Part shown: positions 39,251-50,922 of the stretch, in pieces | Position numbering within the stretch: position 1 is the first letter of the stretch | How the letters are laid out: each line of letters opens with the position of its first letter | NCBI GenBank assembly: GCA_030390025.1 | Contig: CM059431.1 | Location: 120,406,001-120,470,000 of the forward strand | DNA from: Squalus acanthias | Taxonomy: Eukaryota | Direction of reading: 5' to 3' | Length of the DNA stretch: 64,000 bases | Notes under the pieces: model-generated | Seen by the model: only the letters and a program-made list of their open reading frames with translations | Databases searched by the model: none | Told to the model about the DNA's origin: nothing | Made by a program: the position numbers and the translations under genes

Positions 39251-41301
39251 GATCTGCTCCTTCTCTGCCCTCCCTCCCCTCTCGCAAGACCTACCTGAGG
39301 GCCGCTGCAAGCGACGCAGTGGCCCAAAATTCAAACGGTCTTTATCGGCGAGCTGCCTGGGATGCCCAGCAGACAGCTGCAGCTCGCAGGTCTGATGTAA
39401 ATAAGGCTGAGGCCCAATAGCAATCCCTGAGCCTAGTTCACGCCGAGATATTTCTAAGCCAATATCTTTTCTGTTGATAAACTTAAAATATACATGAAAA
39501 TGGACTGGGCTGGAACATAGCGGTTGGTAAATTAGGTACCTTTAATAGTTTCATGGAAAGAGCCCAATGTCACAACACAGATCAAGTCATGCTTATCACA
39601 TCAATTTCAACGAGTTGATTAAAACATAAATGTCTCAGTTTCATCCAATTATATTTGCCATTCATTCTGATTTATTTTTATATACAAATGATTGCTGAGT
39701 GTAACGAAACCAACCAATGGTATCTAAATGACCTTTTCACGTTCCATGCTTTCTTCTGTTCTCACAATGTAGTGGATACAGTTTTAATTAATACTTCTGT
39801 TCAATGCATTTCAAATGTCCTGTTTAATGAAATGGAAAACGTCAACCGGCTGAAGTACAAGTCCCTTAAATTTTAAGGGCTACTGCTACTGCAGCAGAGT
39901 CTTGCACATAAAAGGATGTGATTGGTGATCCAACAACATAATACTTAAATTTGTTTCAGTAATTATATATTTGGTGTGGGGTGGGTAAGTGCACTATGAT
40001 GATTACACGTTGTGGGATCTAATGAGTGTCAGCTGAAGTTCTGAGCTGTGGGAAACTAGCATTGAGGCTCCTTCATCTCTGAGGAACACCACCTTCCCAC
40101 AAAGCAGTCTCTCAGGATCATTACATTGCATATATTGTCACAAAGTGAATGAGATCCCCTGATTGTTGCACTCAAAAATCGTAGGTTTGAACGCTGCATA
40201 GCATACAATAGCAGTTGAATTTACAGTAAAAGTGGGAACGAGTTTTATTTACAAAAGCACAGTTGCATACAGGGCTTCTTCCCTAACCTGTACTATTTTA
40301 ACCTTCTGTCTTTCCCCATTATATTAAAATAGTGCCATGTATATCCTTGCATTCAAGCCTCTAGCTACCTCCAGACTATGGCCCTCAGCCCCAGGATCCT
40401 ATTGCACTTTCAGATTTTGTCCTCTAGATTCAATCTGACTGCAATTTCAGCCTCTAGTCCTTTAAGCCTTCATGTGAGGGCTGGACCAGTTCCTGGCTGG
40501 GGTGAAGAGCGCCTCATAAAAGAGGCAGGCAAATTGTAACGTTGAAGGGCCAGAGTGGTTTCCTGGACTACTTTTAAATGCCTAAGGGGGTCAGAGAGAA
40601 ATTTTCCATACTTTTTTTCTGTCTAATTGGCCTGGGTTTTTATCTCTTTTTTCACCTCTCCCATGAGATTACATGGCTCTGGGTGGGGTGGGGAGTATAT
40701 GTATTGTGATGCATACTGCGTCACAAAAGTAGGTCTTTTCCTGTCTGACGTTTTGGCCGGAATTTTCTTGCGTCCGTGCAGGTGGGATTGGAGGCGGGTC
40801 GGGAGTGAAAGTTGAAATAACTTGGAACGGGTCGGGAACCCGCCGTCGTCCCACCCTCATGCGCCTTTCACTCGGGCTGTTTGCCAGCGCGGCCGTGACC
40901 CTAACGGCAGAGGCGGCCGAGCTAATTTAGATCATTATTAGGTACTTGTCAGACCCTTAAGCATCCTTTTACCCTACCTTTCCAATTTCACTTGATGACT
41001 ACGGGAATCATGCAACTCGGGAACCACGTCTGTGAACCTGAGGCGGAAGTTCAGTGGCCACTGATGGAACTCATTAGTGCCCAGCATGGAAAGCACAATA
41101 AATACTCCCAACTGACACCTGGTTACTTTGCTAAGGCAGATGCTGTTGCTGAGTACATTGTCAGCACAGATTCAGCTTTCCAGAGTTTCCAAGTACTTTC
41201 AGCAAAGTCGGGGTCCACTGTAACCTTATTGGTAGAACCTATCACACCGTTGACAGATTGCTTCTTTCATCTCTACTTGACCTGCCATCTATTCCATCAG
41301 C

Positions 41302-42352
41302 ATGGGTGCCGCTTATACTGTCTCACCTTGGTCCTCAGATTTGTACCACGATGAGCTCCAACACCAGCAGCACCAGGCACACCAGCAGCACCAACAACAA
41401 CACCACCAACCTTTTCCGCAACAACCTGAAGCTGCACAGGACAGAGAGCATCAGCGCAGGGCTGCACTGTGCCAGGGGCGATACCCTCAACACAGGGTAT
41501 ACAGGCAGAGGATGAGATCCCTCAACATGATTGTGCAGCAGTGCCAAAGGAGGCTCAGGCTGTTAGGCCAGGTCGTCGCAGACATTTGCAACACCCACAA
41601 CTTCTTTGCCTCCGGCTCCTTCCAGGGATCTGCAGCAGACATTTGCGGCATCTCGTAGTCGGCCACCCACAGATGCATCACTCAAGTCACCGATGCCTTG
41701 TTTGACAAGTCAGCCAATTATATCAACATTGCCACTGATGAAGCCAGTGATACCGAGTGGGCGTCAGTTTTGCCACTCTGGTTGGCTTCCCATGGGTGCA
41801 GGGCATCATCGACTGTACACATGTAGCCATCGGGGAACCGCATCATCACTCAAGAGTCTTTATCAACCGCAAGGGCTTCCGCTCCCCCAATGTGCAGCTC
41901 ATCTCTAACTATAGGAAGATCATCATGCATGTGTGCGCCAAATTCGCTGGCAGCTGTCATGACTCTTTTGTCTTGTGCCAGTCCACCCTCCCTCAGCTCT
42001 TCGCTCCTCCAAACAATCTTTCCGACTGGCTGCTTGGAGACAAGGGCATTCCGTAGAGCAAACAATAGGCATGCTGAAAATGTGCTTCAGATGCCTTGAC
42101 AGATTTGGAGCAGCCCGGGTCTCCAGAATCATTGTGATCTGCTGCGCCCTGCACAACATAGCACAGCAGCGAGGATTAGCACTGCATGAGGAGCAAGGCA
42201 CTGAGCACACAGCCTCTTCAGAGGAGGAGGAGCATCAGCTGGAAGACAAGGAGGAGGAGCAGGAGGAACCTGTGGTCTAGATCCCACCAGCATCCGAGCA
42301 CATTGCTGCCTGGGAGGCCAGGGATGTCCTCATCATGGCCAGATTTACTTAA
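41302..42352 (+). pseudogene. HARBI1-type DDE transposase with stops, frameshifts and deletions
   Basis: [76 protein letters not shown]. Confidence 0.93.
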
Positions 42353-42663
42353 CTTCAAGCATTACACCTATATGGCTGCTATATGCTGCGCCAGGTTCCC
42401 ATCAGCCCACAGCAACACCATAAAGTATCCTTCAATGACCAAGCCATTCCTTTCATGCTGACCACCATTGTTGGAGGTAACGTTATTTCTCACTATTCAC
42501 TCCAACTCACTAAGCCTCTTCCAAATTTGCAGACAAAATTGGCCATAACCAATAATTGGTTGAAATATAGCGGTGAAAATAAATATTTTTATCTGTGACA
42601 TCAGAGTAACGGAAACTGTACACAAACAGTTATTAAAACACCCAAGTGCTTACCGTTGTGCAT

Positions 42664-44516
42664 CTACTTGTGTTTCATCTTTCTCTTACACATGCTTCTA
42701 TGAGGTGCTACCCCTGTGGCTTCAGCAGAGGTAGAGGCAGCCTCCTCACTTCCCTGCTGCGACTGCATAGACATTTTTGGCGGATGTCCTCTGGGTCTTG
42801 GAGCCTGTGATGGCCCCGCCAAAGTCTACTCCTCCTGCGAATGTGCAGGGGCAGACTCAGCCATCGCGATCCCAGGAGGCATGTGGGGCTCTGACTGAGG
42901 GGATTGCAATGGGGGAGAAGTGTGAGCACTTTGAGAGGAGCCCCCACTTCCATGTCCCCTCTCACCGTCATCCCTCTCATGGGCCACATGCACTTCCCTG
43001 CTGGCAAGGAGCTGGAGAGCACCTTGCTGCACAGCAGTGGGGCCATGAGGACCCAATTCTATGTTGACATCCCTCTTAGAGAGGAAGTGTATGAGCATCT
43101 GCCCTCCATAGATAGCCATCTATTCTCCATAGAGACCATGTGCTCCTGTGAGTGGCGCATTAGCTGCTCCATGCAGGTAGCCATCCTTTCCATGGAAGAG
43201 CATACAGTCGCCATCGCGTGCAACATGTTGGAGACAGCCTCCTCCATTCTCTGCTCATTTGCAGACATCGCGCTCGCAAAATCTGTCAAAGCCTCCTGCA
43301 CTTCTTGCTGCACCTCCAGGATCACCCTCTTCTGGATGGCCACTGAGGCTGAGCGTCTGCATTCAGCTGAGCAGAACTGGGAGCATCCTGCACCCTCTGG
43401 CGAGGAGTCTCCACTGCTGTCCCTGTCTCCACCATCTGCTCTTGCTCACTTGTGGCTTGTGACTCACCAGGTGACAACACTACTCTATCTCGCGTGGGAC
43501 CCACCGAGGTATGCGTATCTGCGCTGGTGCTGGGTGCGCTTATGTCTGCTGGAGGCTCCTCTGAGGAATCCTCTTCCTCTTCCTCCTGGACAGTGAGGGG
43601 GGGGGGGGGCTCTTGATGGACCTGTGGGAGAGTAAAGAGATGATTTAGAAATGTTATATCAAGATTGGGTAATGATACCATTATGCACATGATGAACATT
43701 CATTGGCTGCTGACATCAGTCCCCATATGAGGGACCACTGTATGCCATGTGGCTGTATGAGATGTAGTTCTGTCACCAGGTTGCTGAGATGTTCCCCTCT
43801 CTCCATCTCCCACCTCCAGCTGCTCTGTGACTCCTGATACTTCCAGGGCGACTTCCTCTGCTGCAGTTAAGGTGGCCAGTGATGGAGGGCCACCTCCGGT
43901 TCTCTCCCTCACCCTCTTATTATGGGCTCTCTTCTCCTGCAAGGAGGGAAACAAGAGAAGTTTGAGTGAGAGTGATGGAATGAGTGTAAGGAATGGATGG
44001 GTTACATCTTTAGAGTGTGACTATGATGGAGTGGGGTGCCAATGCCAAATGGCCTCCTTGTGTGTCATTAGTTGGTATGATTGCATTAGGATGAGAGTGA
44101 GTGTGAGGGGTGGTTAGTCAGATGGGGCTGTGATAATGTAGATAGAGAGAGAGGGATGGGTGGACATGCAAGGTATGCTAGTGTGAGTAATGATGTGCAG
44201 GAGTAGGCTTGGGGAGGCAGAGTGATGGGGATGTGATGAGAGGCACAGCAGGATGTCGATAAGTGTGGCTTAGCACTCACCTTTCCTGATCTAATGAGAT
44301 AATTGAAGCATTTCCAGCACTGCACCCAGGTCCTCCTGACAACATCCCTGCTGTACACCTTGCTATCTCCAGCCAGGCTCATTTGGTCTGCTGGGGAGGT
44401 CTCTTTCACCCATTCGAAGGGAAACTGACCTCCCTGCATGCTCTCACTCCCTCCACAAGCATATGGAGGGAGTCATCTGAGAACCTGGGTGCAGCCATCT
44501 GCCTCTCAACAGTCAT
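42664..44516 (-). pseudogene. Myb/SANT-like gene, exons ~44516-44281, 43936-43777 and 43621-42664
   Basis: MTVERQMAAPRFSDDSL..RRTWVQCWKCFNYLIRSGK|GTGAGT; CAG|EKRAHNKRVRERTGGGPP; predicted coiled coil (ILEVQQEVQEALTDFA) and basic C-terminus. Confidence 0.9.
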
Positions 44517-45753
44517 GTTTCCAAGGCTTAGCAACACTCAAATGCTCCAATACAGTGCATGCGCAATCCTAGATGAACCTTCAAATGCAATGTGGCCATA
44601 GCTCCTTTTAATATCCCAGCTGAAAATGCGTCATCGATGACATCATCAGACCCACACCATTTAATAGGGCCGGGTAATGTGCAGGGCTGCCTTAATAGGC
44701 GCCATTAAAGGAAAGTCAATCTCAGGAGCGGGATGAATTGAGGAATGGAGTCGGGACCCACCACGCCAACCGTAGGCACCCAACCCGCCCAGGTATAGAA
44801 AATTCCAGCCTTTTTGTATGTTCATAAGCCTAATGTTTGTTCGTCCTTTGATATCAAAGAAGACAGACAGAATATCATTTAATTTTTTGCAATGAATTCT
44901 TTGATGACAAATGAGACCTATTTTTGGTCAGAATGATCGTCCACGGATTGAATAGTGTATCCCAGATGCACCAAGTAGGGAATCTTGACTTTTCAAGCAA
45001 GACTTCCTCAGCTGGCATTAACATTCAGCACTGTGAGCCTAATAGGCAGTTTCACATTAACTAGAGTACTGTGCAGTGTCTGCAAGAAATATGAGAGACC
45101 TGCCTGAGCTTTCTCTCTATGATGTAGAGGACAACTGACAATTGACTCAGTCTTGTCATAAATCTTTCCTTCGGTTTAAAGACCTGTGTAGGCCTTAATG
45201 ATTTGAACTAAAGTAGTTTAATAACACAAACACATTAGAGACACGTTTAACCTGAACCTACCCATCGGGAAACTGATGGAATCAGGGGCAATGCTGGTTT
45301 TACATCCCGCACAATTGTACTTTCCATTGTAGTCAGCGGAGCACAATATTGGGTGGGGTGTAAAACAAGCATTCCACCTGATCCTGTAGGTTTCCTGTCT
45401 GGCAAGTAAAGTTAAAATTACCCACAATTGTCTATTACAATGTGTAAATGTTTGTAAGATGTGCGGAATTACCCCTCGCCCCGTCCAACAGGTTATAGAG
45501 TTCGGACTTGAGACTTATGAGAAATTACACCAGACACAGCAGTTCTGTCTTTAACCTTTTATTGTTCCTAAGACAGATTCAAAACCCCAACCACTATACA
45601 AGCAGTTCACCAATAATGTTACAGCAAATCATACATACAACCACCCGCCGATGATCAGTCCAGCGTTGATTGTAGGCCACATCCTTTTGACTGCAGCTCT
45701 TCACCTTTCGACTGCAGCTCTTCGAGTTGAGATGATTCATGCGTGCATAAAAG

Positions 45754-45914
45754 TACCCCCAGCAATCTATATACCCTACAGTTTACTCCAGCAATCTATA
45801 TGCCCTACAGTTTACTCCAGCAATTTATATGCTCTGCAGTTTACTCCAGCAATTTATATGCTCTACAGTTTCGTACATAAAAGTACTCCCAGCAATGTAT
45901 ATGCCCTACAGTTT
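45754..45914. repeat. 29-bp minisatellite, ~5 copies (TACTCCAGCAATYTATATGCYCTACAGTT)
   Basis: Direct inspection. Confidence 0.9.
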
Positions 45915-45942
45915 GTTAATAAGTAAAAATACCCGAGCAATA

Positions 45943-46086
45943 TTTTTTTAAAAATTTGCTTATGGGATCTGGGCATCGCTGGCAAGGCCAGCATTTATTG
46001 CCCATCCCTAGTTGCCCTTGAGAAGGTAGTGGTGAGCTGCCTTCTTGAACCGCTGCAGTCCGTGTGGTGAAGGTACTCCCACATGC
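45943..46086 (-). mobile_element. 3'-end fragment of the LINE family seen at 188-1560
   Basis: Reverse complement matches ~1420-1560 (CTGCAGCGGTTCAAGAAGGC..AAGGGCAA.TAGGGATGGGCAATAAATGCTGGCC). Confidence 0.88.
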
Positions 46087-47266
46087 TCTATGTCTGACTT
46101 TCATACATATACTCCTCCTTGGGTGATCAGTCCGAATCAGTGGTAGGCTTCAAAAGTTGACTGGCCATTCAAAACAGCTTTCTTTGTCCTGCTTTGACTA
46201 ATTCTCTTCTCTTTATAGTGTCCTCTGAATGGGCCCCCTTGTATTTCTTCAGCTGCCTTCCTCTGATAGGTCAGTTTCACTCCCAACTTTTCCTGATTGG
46301 TGTTCCTTCTGCATGATACGCTCATGTCCCTGTGATGTGTGTGGGGGGTGGGACTTCCTCTTCATCTTGTGTTTCACCTGCCTGTCCATGTGGTCTTCCA
46401 AACAAAGGACCACATGCTGATGTCCTCCATTTTGAATCTTTACAAACAATGGACCACATGCTGACCTCCTCCATTTTGAATCCATCCGTTATCATCTCAT
46501 AATTCATTCACAATTTCAATCTCCACACAGTAGCAACGGTTTTATTACGTGTATAGCAGCTTACATGTTAAGCACATAAATGTGCATTTCATGACTCACA
46601 TAGATTACTGTCTTGTTTTTCTAATCACATGGTTTATTTACCTAGGGAGCTGTTGTTCCCAAAACTTGCATTGCAACTTTTGGATGGGAAAAGACAAAAG
46701 CCATTAATAGTTTCAAAGACTCATTCAGAAAATAAGAATAAAACATATCTGACAGCTCTCAGTAATATCTCTCATGAAGCTAATGAAGTAACTACCTGCA
46801 TGGGTGCATTATAAATACTAGCCCCTAAAATCCATGTGCCAATGAATGAATGAAAACCAGGCGGGATGGGTGGAAGGCCCTGCCAAATCCCCAACGTAAA
46901 GCCAGGACCCAAAACACCTATATAAGGACATATATGCAAATGCCTATAGTGAACCCCATGGTAAAGGCTTCATGACAAGAAACAGATTTCTCCACCTGAA
47001 AATGCCGAAAGGCAGCTTGCCGAATCGATGCACAGCTGCGGAAATATTTTTCTAGTTGCTTCACTCATAGCTAGTGGTTCAGACAAAGTTTGCGGCCATT
47101 CACAGTTTACGAACCACTTCCTAGTTTGACAAATGATGCAGTAACTTTCCTCTCTTTTCTCAAAGCTTGACTTGTCAGGTTCACCTATAGGCTTAAATAT
47201 CAGAATTCCTGGGCCAGCAGCTTTTTCCCTCATTTTCCGTCCATTTGCATAACTGCACCAATTCCA

Positions 47267-47453
47267 CTGGAATTTAGCACGGAGTGGAATTTCCGCGGAG
47301 GTTGCCCAATCACCCGGCATAACTTTGGCGGAAGATCATTGGAAACCCCAGAGAAATGGCATAAGTAGCTCTTCACGCCGTTTCGTCCAGGTTTCCACAG
47401 ACCTTCCGCTGAGGTTACGGCAGACAATCAGGAGAATCCCGGATAAATTCCAG
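47267..47453. mobile_element. Short palindromic MITE (related to 7261-7420)
   Basis: Inverted CTGGAATTTA / TAAATTCCAG and internal dyad symmetry. Confidence 0.55.
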
Positions 47454-50400
47454 GTGTGTATCTTTTAGTACAGGTCTTACACCCCAAATTCTAGTCCCCT
47501 AAACAGAGATACACATTTTTGCCCCATACCCCCAAAATCTCAGAATTTTGGGCTCATTTAAATAGATAAGGAAATCCCAATAATTTCAATAGAAATGTTA
47601 TCTTCTCTTCTGAGCTAATCTTTGTAGCTTTTTAATAGTTGGAACAGAATGGTTATTTTGACACTAATGCTAATATTTCTGTTAATGCTGTAAACTCTCA
47701 TTATTGTAGTTAATTGAACACAAGCACATTACATTACTGCACAAGGATGAAACCACTAATTGTCAATGGGTGGACCTGCCTTTAACAAGCCAGTAATTGC
47801 TTATCACATACCAGGAACATATATTTAGTATAAAGCACAATTGATGTATTTAGACAGTGTTAATGCTCACAGGAATCTTTAGCAATGTTATTGAATTACA
47901 GCAACAGCTCAGCGGCAGTACATTTGTATTGACAGCAACTGCCTCACAGTCACAGAGGAAGCAAAAGCAGAAGGCATCATTCTTTCAGAGGAATTTGTAG
48001 ACAGAGTAGAATTAGGTGCGGCAGAAGGAAAGCTCACTGTTCTTTTGCCTTAGGGACCCAATTTTTCTTCGCCTGCTAGCTGCAGTTGTCTTCCAGAAAA
48101 TTATTTCTCTCAATCCCAAACTAGCAGGTTATGAACCATATCAGAAAACTAACCATAATATAAATAAAAGGTCCAATTAAATTAACACATTTCTGAATTA
48201 TTAAGGCATTATCAAAAACCTTATGATTGGGAAGTTTTGATGATGACACCTGGGGCCCAAAATAGAAGTATTCCATTCTTGAATAGTACTCAACTTTATT
48301 GTTACAAAAAAAATCACTTACACATGTATACCTGTGGAATCATTGCCAATACAAACCTTTATGTTATTGCTTTTTTCTAGACTACAGGGAACAATTATAT
48401 TGTAATCTTATACACAACCATGTTCAACAATATACAGAAGGTCACTGATACATTGTTTCCTAAAATACACAGTTCCCTAAAAAAGGAGCTACTGATAAGA
48501 ATTTCGGGATAACATAATGGCAGTAGAAAAATGTGACGCAACTATCAGCAAGGCAAAAATAGAATCCATATGGACAGAGATAAAAGATAATAAAGGATCA
48601 ATCACACTAATAGGTGTAGTCTACAGACCACCTGATAGTGGAAGGGAGGTGGAGGAAGAAATATGCAGACAAATTAGGGAAATGAGTAAAAAACATAGAA
48701 TAATAATCATGGGGGATTTCAACTACTCCAATATTAATTGGACGGAAGAGGTAGGTAAAGGGGATAAGGGAATGGAGTTCCTACAATGTGTACAGGACTC
48801 CTTTCTAACCCAATATGTAAAAAACCCGACAAGGGAAGATTCATTACTGGATCTAGTAATGGGGAATGAACCAGAGCTGGTAAGAAAAGTAAAATAAGGG
48901 AACATATAGGCAATAGTGACCATAATATAATACGCTTTAAGATGATAATTGAGAAGGACATCAGTATGACGAAAACCAGGGTAATAGATTGGAGAAAAGC
49001 TGATTTTGAGGGGCTGAGAATAGAACTTGGGAAAATAAAATGGACAACAATATTGGCAAACAACGATGTAGAACAGCAATGGGAAACAGTTAAAATGGTG
49101 TTCAACAGAGTGCAGGAACAATATATTCTGCTAAAAGGAAAGAACAAACTAAACACTAAAGAGATTCCATGGATGAATAGAGCCATAAGGGAACAATTGA
49201 GGGTAAGGAAAGAGGCATGCATTAAGTACATAGACAGCAGGGGAGTGCATGATAAGGGAGAATATGAAGAGATTAGGAGAGAAGTAAAAAATAATTCCCC
49301 TACTAAAGGAGAAAATAGAAGAACATCTGGAAACCAAAAATATGGTAATGAATAGTCAGCATGGATTTCAAAAGGAAAAGTCTTGCTTGACCAACCTCAT
49401 TGAATTTTTTGCAAAGGTAACAGAGAGAGTAGACAATGGTAATGCAGTAGATGTAATTTATCTAGATCTTCAAAAGGCCTTCGATAAGGTACCCCATAAC
49501 AGACTGATGAATCTGGTCAGAGAATGCAGAGTCAGGGGACAAGTAGCAGAGTGTATAGCTAGCTGGCTTCAAGACAGAAAGCAGAGAGTAGTGGTAAAAG
49601 GTAGCTATTCACAGTGGCAGAAGGTGGGTAGTGGAGTTCCACAAGGATCAGTGCTGGGACCACTGCTGTTCACAATTTATATTAACAATTTAGACTTTGG
49701 AATCAAAAACACAATTACTAAATTTGTGGATGACACCAAATTTGGGGGGATAGTCAATACTGAGGAGGACAGCAACTAATTACAGGAGGACAGAGGCCTG
49801 AGGTGAGTCAATAAAGGGAGGCCCGAGGCTCAGGTAGGCCTCAGACCAGCGTCGACAGCGGGGAGGAGGAGCCTTTCTTTCTTTCTCTCTCCCACAGAAT
49901 CAATATGGGTTGAGCTGCAGAACACCAAAGGGCAGAAAACGTTAGTGGGAGTTGTGTACAGACCTCCAAACAGCAGTGGTGAGGTGGGGGAGGGTATGAA
50001 ACAGGAAATCAGAGGTGCGTGCAAAAAAGGCACGGCAGTTATCATGGGTGACTTTAATATGCATATAGATTGGGCTACTCAAACTGGAAGCAATACGGTG
50101 GAGGAGGATTTCCTGGAGTGTTTAAGGGATGGTTTCCTAAACCAATATGTTGAGGAACCAACTCGAGGGGAGGCCATCCTGGACTGGGTGTTGTGTAATG
50201 AGGAAGGACTAATCAGCAATCTTGTGGTACGAGGCCCCCTGGGGAAGAGTGACCATAGTATGGTGGAGTTCTACATTAGGATGGAGAAGGAAACAGTTAA
50301 GTCAGAGACCATGGTCCAGAACTTAAATAAGGGCAACTTTGATGGTATGAGGCGTGAATTGGCGAGGTTAAATTGGCAAGCAATATTTAAGGGGCTATCA

Positions 50401-50819
50401 GTGGAAGGGCAATGGCAGACATTTAGAGATCGCATGGATGAACTACAACAATTGTACATCCCGGTCTGGCGTAAAAATAAAAAAGGGAAGGTGGCTCAAC
50501 CATGGCTAACAAGGGAAATCAGGGATAGTATTAAAACCAAGGAAATTGCATACAAATTGGCCAGAAGTAGCAGCAAACCCGGGGACTGGGAGAACTTCAA
50601 AACTCAGCAAAGGAGGACGAAGGGTTTGATTAGGGCAGGGAAAATAAAATATGAAAGGAAGCTTGCAGAGAACATTAAAATGGATTGCAAAAGCTTCTAT
50701 AAATATGTAAAAAGAAAGAGGTTAGTAAAAACAAACGTAGGTCCCCTGCAGTCGGAAACAGGGCAAGTCGTAATGGGGAACAAGGAAATGGAAGATCAAT
50801 TGAACAAGTACTTTGGTTC

Positions 50820-50919
50820 AAAATAACAACAGAAAACGCTGGAAAAACTCAGCAGGCCAGGCAGCATCCGTGGAGAGAGAAAGAGAGTTGACGTTTCAGG
50901 TCGATGACCTTTCATCAGA
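50820..50919 (-). mobile_element. 100-bp solo PLE pLTR fragment (family A) with a 10-bp TSD
   Basis: ACTTTGGTTC at 50810-50819 and 50920-50929; sequence nearly identical to 8720-8815. Confidence 0.93.
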
Positions 50920-50922
50920 ACT
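50886..50922 (-). ncRNA. Minimal hammerhead ribozyme motif with a GUC triplet
   Basis: - strand AGTT-CTGATGA-A-AGGTC-ATC-GACCT-GAAA-CGTC-AACT. Confidence 0.82.

Larger units (their letters stand above)
40755..44810. mobile_element. Full-span PIF/Harbinger transposon (4056 bp) with convergent transposase and Myb/SANT genes, both inactivated
   Basis: 13-bp TIR GGCYGGAATTTTC at both ends; TTT on both flanks. Confidence 0.93.
45453..46529 (-). mobile_element. Possible solo-LTR-like element containing tandem repeats and a LINE fragment
   Basis: Starts TGTAAG like the other two LTR-like elements; AATAAA on the - strand at ~45560; no TSD found, right end uncertain. Confidence 0.35.

Noticed and set aside
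41302..42352. Domesticated host HARBI1 or NAIF1/MSANTD genes
   Set aside because: Multiple frameshifted copies lie between TIRs with TSDs, so these are transposon copies. No gene symbol assigned.
45754..45914. CRISPR-like array (29-bp repeats)
   Set aside because: Units are head-to-tail without unique spacers, the context is eukaryotic and there are no cas genes.
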